Below are positions 24,946 through 37,046 of a stretch of DNA of 64,000 bases, in pieces. The position numbers were made by a program, and so were the translations under genes. The notes under the pieces were generated by a model that searched no databases, had not been told where the DNA came from, and saw only the letters and a program-made list of their open reading frames with translations. The stretch spans positions 63,364,001 to 63,428,000 of the forward strand of contig NW_026262604.1 of assembly GCF_021869535.1 (NCBI RefSeq). Direction: 5' to 3'. Position 1 is the stretch's first letter, and each line of letters starts with the position of its first letter. Origin of the DNA: Mytilus californianus. Lineage: Eukaryota.

Positions 24946-27314
24946 GAGACAAATTAAGGACATTTATCTCGTCAAGTATATGAACTAAGAATATTTAACT
25001 CGTCAAGACTTAGTGTCTGGACTTAATATATTTATGTTGTCAAGTGTCTGGACTAAGGATATTTAAAAAGTCAAGACGTAGTGTCTGGATTAAGGACATT
25101 TATCTCGTCAAGTATATGAACTAAGAATATTTAACTCGTCAAGACTAAGTGTCTGGACTTAAGATATTTATGTCGTCAAGTGTCTGACTAAGGATATTTA
25201 TCTTCTCAAGTGTCTGGACTAAGAATATTTATCTCGTCAAGTTTTTGAACTGAAACTATTTATCTCGTTAAGCGTCTGATTAAGGATATTAATCTTGTCA
25301 AGTGTTTGGACTGAGAATATTTATCTGGTCAAGGTTCTGGACTAAGTATTTTTATCTCGTCAAGTGTCTGGACTGAGTATATTTATCTCGTCAAGTGTCT
25401 GGACTAAGGATTTTTATCTCGTCAAGTGTTTGGACTAAGAATATTTAACTCGTCAAGTCTCTGGACTAAGTATATTTATCTCGTCAAGTGTCTGGACTAA
25501 GTATATTTATCTCGTCAAGTGTCTGGACTAAGAATATCTATCTTGTTAAGTGTCTGAACCTAGGATTTTTAACCGTCAAGTGTCTGGACTAAGGATATTT
25601 ATGTCGTCAAGTGTCTGGACTAAGAATGTTTAACTCGTCAAGTGTGTGAACTACGGATATTTAAATACTCAAGACTTAGTGTCTGGATTAAGGACATTTA
25701 CCTCCTCAAGTATATGAACTAAGAATATTTATCTCGTCAAGTCTCTGGACTAAGGATTTTTATCTCGTCAAGTGTCTGGACTGAGTATATTTATCTCGTC
25801 AAGTGTCTGGACTAAGGATTTTTATCTCGTCAAGTATTTGGACTAAGAATATTTAACTCGTCAAGTGTCTGGACTAAGTATATTTATCTCGTCAAGTGTC
25901 TGGACTAAGTATATTTATCTCGTCAAGTGTCTGGACTAAGAATATCTATCTTGTTAAGTGTCTGAACCTATGATTTTTAACGGTCAAGTGTCTGGACTAA
26001 GGATATTCATGTCGTCAAGTGTCTGGACTTAGAATGTTTAACTCGTCAAGTGTGTGAACTAAGGATATTTAAATACTCAAGACTTAGTGTCTGGATTAAG
26101 GACATTTATCTCGTCAAGTATATAAACTAAGAATATTTATCTCGTCAAGTCTCTGGACTTAGGATTTTTATCTCGTCAAGTGTCTGGACTGAGTATATTT
26201 ATCTCTTCAAGTGACTGGACTAAGGATTTTTATCTGGCCAAGTGTTTGGACTAAGAATATTTAACTCGTCAAGTCTCTGGACTAAGTGTATTTATATCGT
26301 CAAGTGTCTGGACTAAGTATATTTATCTCGTCAAGTGTCTGGACTAAGAATATCTATCTTGTTAAGTGTCTGAACCTTGGATTTTTACCCGTCGAGTGTC
26401 TGGACTAAGGATATTTATGTCGTCAAGTGTCTGGACTAAGAATGTTTAACTCGTCAAGTGTGTTAACTAAGGATATGTAAATACTCAAGACTTAGTGTCT
26501 ATATTAAGGACATTTATCTCGTCAAGTATATGAACTAAGAATATTTATCTCGTCAAGTCTCTGGACTAAGGATTTTTATCTCGTCAAGTGTCTGGACTGA
26601 GTATATTTATCTCGTCAAGTGTCTGGACTAAGAATTTTTATCTCGTCAAGTGTTTGGACTAAGAATATTTAACTCGTCAAGTGTCTGGACTAAGTATATT
26701 TATCTCGTCAAGTGTCTGGACTAAGTATATTTATCTCGTCAAGTGTCTAGACTAAGAATATCTATCTTGTTAAGTGTCTAAACCTAGGATTTTTAAACGT
26801 CAAGTGTCTGGACTTAGGTATATTCATGTCGTCAAGTGTCTGGACTAAGGATATTTATCTCGTCAAGTGTGTGAACTAAGGATATTTGAATACTCAAGAC
26901 TAAGTGTCTGGATTAAGGACATTTATCTCGTCAAGTATATGAACTAAGAATATTTAACTCGTCAAGACTTAGTGTCTGGACCTAAGATATTTATGTCGTC
27001 AAGTGTCTGGACTAAAGATATATAAATAGTCAAGACTTAGTGTCTGGACTAAGGATATATATCTCGTCATGTGTCTGAACTAAGAATATTTAACTTGTCA
27101 AGTGTCTGGACAAAGAATATTTAACTTGTCAAGTGTCTGAAATAAGGATATTTATCTTTTTATCTTGCCAAATAAGTGTTTGGAATAAGGATATTGATCG
27201 AAAAGAGTCAATGCTTACAGAAAATTCATTTTAATGTTGTCTTAAATAGATTTGTACGAAGAGAATAAAAAGGCAGTTTTCTGTTTAATCAACTAAATAG
27301 CATACCAAACATAC

Positions 27315-27484
27315 CTTTAAGTTGTAAGCTACAGCATATTGACCTATAGGACAAAATCGAGGTTCGTGCCAATCACCCCCAGGGACCACCATAGCCACTG
27401 TATAATGTTTCCACAACCCGTCTTGTGTACATAGCCTGTATAATACACAGTACTAAACTAAATAGTACCAATGGGATATACTTT
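27315..27484 (-). pseudogene. VMO1: Orphan VMO1-like coding exon 1, copy 1 (ATG replaced by AAG; +1 frameshift)
   Basis: Acceptor ttttag| and donor AAG|gtatgt present. Translates KYIPLVLFSLVLCIIQAMY...GGPWG, then an extra G creates TGA. 170 bp versus 169 bp in copy 3. Confidence 0.8.
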
Positions 27485-28433
27485 CTAAAATAAAAACCAT
27501 ACACATGTTAATTGAGGACATTTCAAAGTTATCTCGTCAAGTGTCTGGACTAAGGATATTTATCTTCTCAAGTGTCTGGAATAGAATATTTATCTCGTCA
27601 AGTTTTTGAACTGAAACTATTTATCTCGTAAAGCGTCTGATTAAGGATATTAATCTTGTCAAGTGTTTGGACTGAGAATATTTATCTGGTCAAGGTTCTG
27701 GACTAAGAATTTTTTAACTCGTCAAGTGTCTGGACTAAGGATATTTATCTCGTCAAGTGTCTGGACTAAGGATATTTATCCCTTCAAGTGTTTGGACTAA
27801 GGATATTTATCTCGTCAAGTGTCTTGACTAAGAATATTTAACTCGTCGTCTAGTGTCTTAACTAAAAAAAATTATCTCGTCAAGTGTCTGACTAAGGATA
27901 TTTATCTTTTCAAGTGTCAGGACTAAGAATATTTATCTCGTCAAGTTTTTGAACTGAAACTATTTATCTCGTTAAGCGTCTGATTGAGGATATTAATCTT
28001 GTCAAGTATTTGGTCTGAGAATATTTATCTGGTCAAGGTTCTGGACTTAGAATATTTAACTCGTTAAGTGTCTGGAATAAGGATATTTATTTCGTCAAGT
28101 GTCTGGACTAAGGATATTTATCTCGTCAAGTGTTTGGACTAAGGATATTTATCGCGTCAAGACTTAGTTTCTGGACTAAGGATATTAATGTCGTCAAGTG
28201 TCTTGACTAAGGATATTTATCTCGTCAAGTGTCTCGACTAAGAATATTTAACTTGTCATGTGTCTGAAATAAGGATATTTCTCTCGACAAATAAGTGTTT
28301 TGAATAAGGATATTGATCAAAAAGAGTCAATGCTTACACCGAATTTATTTTAATTTTGTCTTAAATAGATTTGTCCGAAAAGAATAAGAAGACAGTTTTC
28401 TATTTAATCAACTAAATAGCATACCCAACATAC

Positions 28434-28599
28434 CTTTAAGTTGTAACCTACAGCATATTGACATGTAGGACAAAATCGAGGTTCGTGCCAATCACCCCCA
28501 AGGACCGCCATAGCCACTGTATAATGTTTGCACAACCCGTCTTGGATACATAGCCTGTATGATACACAGTACTAAACTAGTACCAATGGGATATACTTT
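28434..28599 (-). pseudogene. VMO1: Orphan VMO1-like coding exon 1, copy 2 (same lesions plus a 4-bp deletion)
   Basis: Homologous to copy 1; shares AAG and the extra G, and lacks 4 bp in the signal-peptide region (166 bp). Confidence 0.8.
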
Positions 28600-30248
28600 C
28601 TAAAAATAAAACCATAAACATGTTAATTTAGGACATTTCAAAGTTATCTCGTCAAGTGTCTGGACTAAAAATATTTAACTCGACGTCAAGTTTCTTAATT
28701 AAAAACAAATATCTCGTCAAGTGTCTGACTAAGAATATTTATCTTCTCAAGTGTCTGGACTAATAATATTTATCTCGTCAAGTTTTTGAACTGAAACTAT
28801 TTTTCGCGTTCAGCGTCTAATTAAGGATATTAATCTTTTCAAGTGTTTGGACTGAGAATATTCATCTGGTCAAGGTTCTGGACTAAGAATATTTAACTCG
28901 CCAAGTGTCTGGACCTAGGATATTTATTTCGTCAAGTGTCTGCTCTAAGGATATTTATCTCGTCAAGTGTTCGGACTAAGGATTTTTATCTCGTCAAGTG
29001 TCTTGACTAAGAATATTTAACTCGTAGTCAAGTGTCTGAATAAAAAAAAATATCTCGTCAAGTGTCTGACTAAGGATATTTATCTTCTCAAGTGTCTGGA
29101 CTAAGAATATTTATCTCGTCAAGTTTTTGAACTGAAACTATTTATCGCGTTAAGCGTCTGATTGAGGATATTAATCTTGTCAAGTGTTTGGACTGAGAGT
29201 ATTTATCTCGGTCAAGGTTCTGGACTAAGAATATTAAACTCGTCAAGTGTCTGGACTAAGGATATTTATTTCGTCAAGTGTCTGGACTAAGGATATTTAT
29301 CTCGTCAAGTGTTTGGACTAAGGATATTTATCTCGTCAAGTGTCTTGACTAAGAATATTTTACTCGTCGTCTAGTGTCTGAACTAAAAAAACTTTATCTC
29401 GTCAAGTGTCTGACTAAGGATATTTATCTTTTTTAACTGTCTGGACTAAGAATATTTATCTCGTCAAGTTTTTGAACTGAAACTATTTATCTCGTTAAGC
29501 GTCTGATTAAGGATATTCATCTCGTCAAGTGTTTGGACTAAGGATATTTATCTCGTCAAGTGTCTTGACTAAGAATATTTAACTCGTCGTCTAGTGTCTG
29601 AACTAAAAAAACATTATCTCGTCAAGTGTCTGACTAAGGATATTTATCTTTTCAAGTGTCTGGACTGAGAATATTTATCTGGTCAAGGTTCTGGACTAAG
29701 AATATTTAACTCGTCAAGTGTCTGGACTAAGGATATTTATCTCGACAAGTGTCAGGATTAAGGATATTTATCTCGTCAAGTGTCTGGACTAAGAATATTT
29801 ATCTCGTTAATAAATAGTGTCTGGATTAAGGATATTTATGTCGTCAAATGTCTGGACTAAGGATATTTATCTCGTCAAGGCCTGACATAAAGATATTTAA
29901 ATAGTCAAGACTTAGTGTCTGGACTAAGGATATTTATCTCGTAAAGTGTCTGGACTAAGGATATTTAAATAGTCAAGATTTAGTGTCTGGACTAAGAATA
30001 TACATCTCGTCATGTGTCTGAACTAAGAATATTTAACTTGTCAAGTGTCTGGACTAAGAATATTTAACTTGTTAAGTGTCTGAAATAAGGATATTTATCT
30101 CGCCAAATAAGTGTTTGGAATAAGGATATAGATCGAAAAGATTCAATGATTATAGCGAATTATTTTAATGTTGTCTTAAATAGATTTGTACGAAGAGAAT
30201 AAGAAGACAGTTTTCTGTTTCATCGACTGAATAGCATACCCAACATAC

Positions 30249-30417
30249 CTTTAAGCTGTAACCTACAGCATATTGACCTGTAGGGCAAAATCGAGGTTCG
30301 TGCCAATCACCCCATGGACCACCATTGCCACTGTATAATGTTTGCATAACACGTCTTGGATACATAGCTTGTATAATACACAGTACTAAACTGAATAGTA
30401 TCAATGGGATATACTTT
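30249..30417 (-). pseudogene. VMO1: Orphan VMO1-like coding exon 1, copy 3 (frame intact, no ATG, acceptor destroyed)
   Basis: ORF track 30165..30404 reads ...GNGGPWGDWHEPRFCPTGQYAVGYSLK|gtatgt, closely similar to exon 1 at 51386-51553. Confidence 0.85.
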
Positions 30418-30845
30418 TAGAAATAAAAACTATAAACTGTTAATTTAGGATATTTGAAATTTATCTCGTCAAGTGTCTGAACTAAGCTGGACTAAGGTTA
30501 TTTATCTCGTCAAGTGCCTTGACTAAGAATTTTTAACTCGTCGTCAAGTGTCTGAACCAAAACAATTTATCTCGTGAAGTGTCTGATTAAGGATATTTAT
30601 CTTCTCAAGTGTCTGGACTAAGAATATTTATCTCGTCAAGTTTTTGAACTAAAACTATTTATCTCGTTAAACGTCTGATTAAGGATCTTAATCTCGTCAA
30701 GTGTTTGGACTAAGCATATTTATCTCGTCAAGTATCTGGACGAAGGATATTTAACTAGTCAAGACTTAGTGTCTGGACTAAGGATATTTATCTCGTCAAG
30801 TGTCTGAACTTAGAATATTTAACTTTTCAAGCGTCTGGACTAAGT

Positions 30846-31352
30846 GTCTATGAATCACAGTTTATGGCCAAACTCAGTAAAGACACATCATTGTTACATT
30901 TGGGTGACACATTCAACAATACCTACCGTTATCTTGATGATATGTTTTCGTTTAATAATCCAGAGTTCTCTAAATATAATACCGAAATTTGCCCAAAGGA
31001 ACTTTCTTTAAATAAATCTAACATAAACAGCAGTAGTTGTCCTTTTCTAGATTTAGACATTTCTATTTCTAAAGGGAAACTCCATACTAATATTTACGAG
31101 AGACGATTTTTCATTCCTTATTGTTAATTTTTGCTTTTTTAGACGGCGATGATCCTCTGGCTCCATCACACGGTGTTTATATATCTCAACTCGTTCGTTA
31201 TGTCCGTGTGTGTGGTGATGCCATAGTTTTTAACGAAAGTAATCAATGCATCACTTGTAAATCATTAAGTCAGGGATTTTGTTACAATAAATTAAAAACA
31301 TTTACTAAATTCTTTTATAGATACAAAGATTTGATTAGTAAATTTGGCTGTA
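30846..31352 (+). mobile_element. Naiad-type RT fragment, pseudogenised
   Basis: ORFs 30864..31127 and 31121..31375: TYRYLDDMF, CPFLDLDI, SHGVYISQLVRY, KTFTKFFYRYKDL. Confidence 0.85.
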
Positions 31353-32096
31353 TGCTTATAGCGAATTCATTTTAATGTTGTCTTAAATTTCGTTATCAAT
31401 GAGATTGAGATGTGTTGTGTGTGTATGAAATTGGATCGAAGCATTATTTGCCGTTCCCATAAATAAACGCACTATTAAATTGACGTAAAAGAACGGAGCA
31501 AACTGAATAAATGGCATACTTAAACTATTTACAATGACATATTTAGATAGGTTTGAATGAATCTAAATGATAATTGTATTCATATATCTTATATGGAAAC
31601 AAAAATGGCTTATATAACACATTTTAGCATCGTTTGTTTACGTTTCCTTGTTGTGATGATTTTCGGTTTCACAAGCGTGTATTTTCCCGTAAAATGCTTA
31701 TATTCTTACGTCATCGTTCTATGACGTCGGGTAGCTCATTCATAAAAAAGCATATGACGCGGGAGTACGATCGGAACAGCCCAAACAATATATTCATATT
31801 TTAACACGGGTGTGTACTCAAAGCGTTTGAAGAACGTCATGTTAGAATCACTGTATTAGTATCAGATTGCAGAAATTACTAACATGATAATTATTGTAAT
31901 ATACCGAAAAACTAGAAATTCACGTTTCCATAAAAGTTTTTAAATTTACAGAAAACAAAATCTTTCTTGGTAAATAGAAAACCAAGAATGACAATAAAGT
32001 TAAGATAAATTCATCCAAAATGAAAGCCATTGTTTAGTCCTTTTAAGACGAACGTTCGTCTGGCGTACCAAAAATTAGAACAATAACAGTGCCAAT

Positions 32097-32350
32097 ACCA
32101 AGAATATATGTCCACAGGACACCATGCCCAGCTCGCACTATCACATTTTCGTGTTCAGTGAACTGCAAATATATATAAACATTATAAGTTGGCATAAATT
32201 TCAAATCATAATGAACCTGTGTACTAAGTTTCAAGTTAATCTGGCCACACCTTCATTTTTAACTACCCTTATCCAAAACGTTAACCTGAAACAGGACTGA
32301 CAGACAGACGGACTAAGGGGGACACAAATACGGACAAACGGACGCACATG
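32097..32350 (-). mobile_element. HINE/DINE-1-like fragment, reverse orientation
   Basis: The reverse complement matches 16360-16428 (CACTGAACA..AAAAT.ATAGTGCG..CGGGCAT); a GACA/GACG microsatellite lies at about 32290-32345. Confidence 0.5.
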
Positions 32351-32676
32351 TCGGGCTATACAAAAATTAACCTGAGGTCTGAATACAAATTACAAGTAAT
32401 TAGCAGTAATAGATAACTTTTATGCAATAAGGTATGTAATGCAAATTTTGATTGGATGACGTCCGTCATCAATTCAACGGTTGACGGCCGGAGTCAATGA
32501 CCAAGAACCAAGGAGATAGATATGGATAGCATTCTATTTCGAATACACCTGTTCCATTGCAAAACTGCAAGACAAAAAATGCAACAACATAAAAGTTAAT
32601 GGCGTATACAGTTATTGAAATAGGGCACACATTAAAAAAGCTAGTTTTAGAAATTAATTTTTGTTCTTTTTCTTAA

Positions 32677-34353
32677 CTACAATACGTTGTACAAAGCAGC
32701 ATTGCCACTAGTTTCATCACAAACTAGAAGAGAGTTCTTTTCCGTGCTATAGTATACAGCATTTGGTTCGGAGAGACCGTCATCTTTATCAAGAAGAATC
32801 TTGCTTGCCTTTCCGTCATGTTGAATAAGCACTAGATTGTTCGAATCACGCCCAACAACAAATATGTTTTGATTGTTGTCAAGGGATAAAGCTGTCGGAT
32901 AGCGTATGGAATCATCATTAAATGTCCATATTTCGGTGCCGTTCATGCTGCAACAGTGTATAGTATGCAGTGATGAATTTGTGTAGTATATCTTTGTACC
33001 TGAAGTTGTTATATTTCTTAATCCGATTCCCTTGCATATCACTTCTCCTGTTCTTTTTCCCGAAGGATCAATTACCACAATTCCCTCCGTGCCTCTCGCA
33101 ACATATAGCTTTCCATCATTGTACGCCATGCCATATAATTCGAATCCTAGCGCTAAAGTCTTCTCAACACAACCATTTTTTATGAGATCGATACGTTTCC
33201 TACTTCCGCAAGACACAGCCACGCCATCCGATCCAAACAAAGCTATATCAAAAGATGGATAAGATGTAGGGATGTTACGGGTATGTATACCGAATGCATT
33301 GTATTCTTGTATATGATTAATTTTAGTATGGAAGTTTGCTATAAATAGATGTCCATTTGGTAAAATTATGCATCCATTAACATGTATGCAATCATCTTTT
33401 TTTTGAAGAGTTATGTTTTTGTTTAATTGAAGAACTACATTTTGAATACACTTCTCTTTTATCTGGCTTTTCTGTATCTGTGCTTGACCTATTTTAGCAT
33501 CATATAACAGTAAACAAGAATCACGTTTTTCAAGCTTGATTGCACCAACTTTATGAATTTGTTCGAAAAGATTATCAATAATCGGATGAAAGTCAAGTTC
33601 AATATTATAACTCCTAGAATGGGTTGTTGCTAAATTGATAGACTTGATCTCTTTATCGACGTCTTTGTATACTTGTCGCGTGCCGAGAAATACGTGAAGA
33701 TCAGAAGCGAAATCTTTCAGCTTTAATGTTTGTTCTTTCAGATTTATCAAGTTTTTCTGTGCATCTTCAAAATTATTTAAATTTATGCTGCTTTCAGATA
33801 AACATTCGTCAGATATTGATGACAGTTCTTGTAATAACCTTTCTTGCAACTCGTCAAAGTAACGGACGACTTTCTCTCTGGTGTCTTTAATGGTTTTCTC
33901 AATATGGCGTCTTTGGATCTGGATTGATTCATATACTGTATTTCGGTCACGAATAAAATCTTTTACATTTTGTAATGATCTATTAATGGTATCTTCAAGG
34001 TCCTGAATTACCGTTGAGTGTTTTGCATTTATTGCTACATCCTCCAGAGGCACAACATCTGGGCATATCTTGTGATCAGAAGACACACAAGCTTTGCAGA
34101 GTGCTTCATCGTGACTTTTGCAAAACCAACCAAATTGTTTGCTGTGCTGATTACAGGTTTGCTCAACTGTTACATTTTGTATATTACGGTAATTATCTAT
34201 TGAAATGAGATGATGACCCCGGGAAATTTTTGTCGCCTTATGAACCTTTTCGCAATCTGGACAAAATCCTTCATCGCATTCAACACACCATCTATTAGCT
34301 TGCACTGTTTTATTGTCATAACAACATGGGCCACAAAAGACAGGCGTTGACAT
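32677..34353 (-). CDS. RING-less TRIM-like protein, paralog 2, 558 aa, single coding exon
   Basis: Intact ORF collinear with 19896..21590 (54/60 identical N-terminal residues). Shared flanks (32505-32676 with 19735-19895; 37330-38900 with 22500-23620) and an acceptor 10 nt upstream of the ATG. Confidence 0.9.
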   Translation of the reverse strand: MSTPVFCGPCCYDNKTVQANRWCVECDEGFCPDCEKVHKATKISRGHHLISIDNYRNIQNVTVEQTCNQHSKQFGWFCKSHDEALCKACVSSDHKICPDVVPLEDVAINAKHSTVIQDLEDTINRSLQNVKDFIRDRNTVYESIQIQRRHIEKTIKDTREKVVRYFDELQERLLQELSSISDECLSESSINLNNFEDAQKNLINLKEQTLKLKDFASDLHVFLGTRQVYKDVDKEIKSINLATTHSRSYNIELDFHPIIDNLFEQIHKVGAIKLEKRDSCLLLYDAKIGQAQIQKSQIKEKCIQNVVLQLNKNITLQKKDDCIHVNGCIILPNGHLFIANFHTKINHIQEYNAFGIHTRNIPTSYPSFDIALFGSDGVAVSCGSRKRIDLIKNGCVEKTLALGFELYGMAYNDGKLYVARGTEGIVVIDPSGKRTGEVICKGIGLRNITTSGTKIYYTNSSLHTIHCCSMNGTEIWTFNDDSIRYPTALSLDNNQNIFVVGRDSNNLVLIQHDGKASKILLDKDDGLSEPNAVYYSTEKNSLLVCDETSGNAALYNVL

Positions 34354-34792
34354 CGTTCTATACCTAATTAGAATAATAAATTTCCAATAAATAAAATTAT
34401 AGATTAATTAAAATGTATGGCGTATGAGGTAAGTTCAAAAGAGAGATAATATACATTGTAAATTCAGAAATTTTGCGCTGTTTTTATTTTTGGAAAATTG
34501 ATACGGGATATGTTTCACAAAATTAAAAGTCGAATTTTAAATTGCAGAAGCATTATTTGTATGCAATATTTCATAAAATCGCAATAAATAATCTCGCATT
34601 TGTGTCGATAGTTCAGAAATTGCAAAAATAAACCCACGTAAAACATTTCTGACTTCACTTCACAATAAAAGAGACACACTTCTGATCTGTTCGTACCACC
34701 ATTGAACGATCATGTCTCTTTATGGGGTTTTCACCCGAAGAATCCATCATTAAGGTTAGGAAAAAACGATATGGAAAACAACAAAGTAATGG

Positions 34793-37046
34793 GGTCGTCA
34801 AGTTGTTTACATATTCCTTATTACTTATTCCTCATTCGTTACTTATTTCTTATTCGTTACTTATTCCTTATTCGTTACTTATTCCTTATTCGTTACTTAT
34901 TCCTTATTCGTTACTTATTCCTTATTCGTTACTTTTCCGCTTTTAATATGTTGCTCCCTTTTAATGCTTTATTTTCTTTTCTTCACCCTGATGTAATTTC
35001 CGGGTTCGAGGCAGGAAAATGACCCTGTTAGCGCGTATGTACCCGTTTCATCCCTCGACAGATACCCTGTTTATTATTCTCTACTTATTTGCTTTTTAAA
35101 CGTTGACTATTTTTAAAATGCTCCTTTCTTTTATTCTCTTGTCTTTGATATTGTCATGAAATAGAAGTTCCTTCGTAATATAAGTTCCAAGTTGAACAAA
35201 TATTCTGTAGTATATATTCAACAGGAACATTTATTATAGGATTTGTTCCTAGCGGGAAAATGTTTTATAGAATATTTGTTCCAACACGAACAGATATCAT
35301 GGCATTGTTCAATACAAATTTTCCAGGGGAAGTTCTGTAAGGCAGATCTAATATTTGTTGGCAATGTTAGTCCTAGGTTCGTTGTGTTGAAATGACCCTG
35401 TTAGCGCATATGCATCGGTGTCTGCTCTTGACTGATACCTGCTACTTATTGGCTATGTATTCGTTCATGGCCCCTTTGTAATGATTTCCTTTTTTCCATT
35501 TCATCTCTTTGTTGTTAGTCCTGGTTTCGTGGAGTTGAAATAACCCTGTTAGCGCGTATGTACCCGTTTCCGCGCTTGACTTATTCACTTGTTTCACGTT
35601 GCACCTTTTTAAGGCTTTATTTTCGTTTTTTTCTTGTCTCTAATGTGAATTACGGGTTCGGCGATGTCAGTGACGATAACCCTACTCGTCATTGCGCTTG
35701 GCAGATGCCCTGATACATATTCGTTCCTTATTCGTTTTTTTGAAAGTTTCTTCCTTTTGAGGTACATATGCGCTAAGAGGATTTGCCCGAGAACACAGTT
35801 TTTTCTTAGTGCATTTCTTTTAGACAATACGTTCAAATTAAAAAAAATCGAACTTGATCTATCTAAAAAAAATTTTTACAGTGCAGTGTACTACTTTTTG
35901 GACAAGTAATATCAAATTATAGTACAGTCTACCAGCTCTAACTCAAAATATGGGCAATTCTATGTTAAGGGGGTGTATTTTTCAGTTTGACAGCTTCAGA
36001 CATACTAATTTTTGACCTTTTTTATCGACACCAAATCTACTTAGCATTAAAATTCATCACCCAAATGTTTTTACATGTAATTTCATCCCCCACGTAATAT
36101 TTCATGCATAACATATAAAAAAATAAATTTGGAAAGTCTATGAAAAAAATTTGAAAGTTATACACTGTCCACGCTAGGGACTATATTTGTATAACCAAAA
36201 TCAAAGGACGATAACTGTGTCCTCGGGCCAGTTTTTATCAACTCCACGAACCAAGGACTAACACCAAAGACACGAAATGAAAAAAAAAAACGAAATCATT
36301 AAAAAGGGGCAACGTATAAAAAGCGAATAAGTAACAGGGTATCAGTCAAGCAGAGAAACGAGTACATGTGCGCTAACAGAGTAATTTGACCTCTATGAAC
36401 CAATAACTAACACCAGAGACAAGGAAATAAAGGAAAAGAACATTACAAAAAGAGACAACGTATAAAAAAAACGAAAAAGGAACGAATAAGTGGCAAATGA
36501 GTAACAGGGTATTAGTCAAGCGCAGACACGAGTACATGCGTGTCAACAGGGTAATTTGACCTCTATACACTCAGGACTTACACCAGAGACAAGAAAATAA
36601 AAGAAAGGCACATTCTTAGAAAGGACAACGTTTAAAAAGCGAATGAGGAACGAATAAGTAGCGAATACGTAACAGGGTATAGTCGAGCGCGGAGACAGGG
36701 ACATATGCGCCAACTGGGTAATGTCACCTCTACGAACCTATAACTGACATCAGAGACAAGAAAATAACAGAACAAAAAATTATGTAGAAAAAAGCGGATA
36801 AGGAACCGATAAGTAGCGAATAAGTAAAATGGATATTAGTCGAGCGCCGAAACGGGTACGTACGCGCTAACATGATAATTTCACCTCCTCGAATCCGTTA
36901 CTAACACCAGGGTGAAGAAAAGAAAGCATTAAAAGTGGACAACATATTGAAAGCGAATAAATAACGAATAAGGAATAAGGAATAAATAACGAACAAGGAA
37001 TAAGTAACAAATAAGGATTAAGGAATACGCAACCAACTTGACGACC
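34793..37046. mobile_element. Foldback-like element, ~2.25 kb, with modular inverted arms
   Basis: Termini GGTCGTCAAGTT / AACTTGACGACC. An 18-bp repeat TTATTCCTTATTCGTTAC on the left is mirrored on the right. GACCCTGTTAGCGC modules at 35021, 35394 and 35543 are mirrored at about 36370, 36538, 36707 and 36864. No TSD seen. Confidence 0.7.

Larger units (their letters stand above)
24950..30845. repeat. 31-bp satellite array (consensus GGACTAAGGATATTTATCTCGTCAAGTGTCT) with 30-36 bp variants, interrupted by three VMO1 exon copies
   Basis: Direct head-to-tail repeats over ~5.9 kb. A 408-bp higher-order period (12x31+36) is marked by AATACTCAAGAC at about 25663, 26071, 26479 and 26888. Confidence 0.95.

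Noticed and set aside
24950-30845. CRISPR-like array (31-bp repeats with occasional unique inserts)
   Set aside because: Repeats are head-to-tail with no unique spacers, the inserts are three copies of one host exon, there are no cas genes, and the context is eukaryotic.
34702-35022. ORFs with repeated YLFLIR / LLIPYS
   Set aside because: Translation of the 18-bp tandem repeat in the foldback arm.
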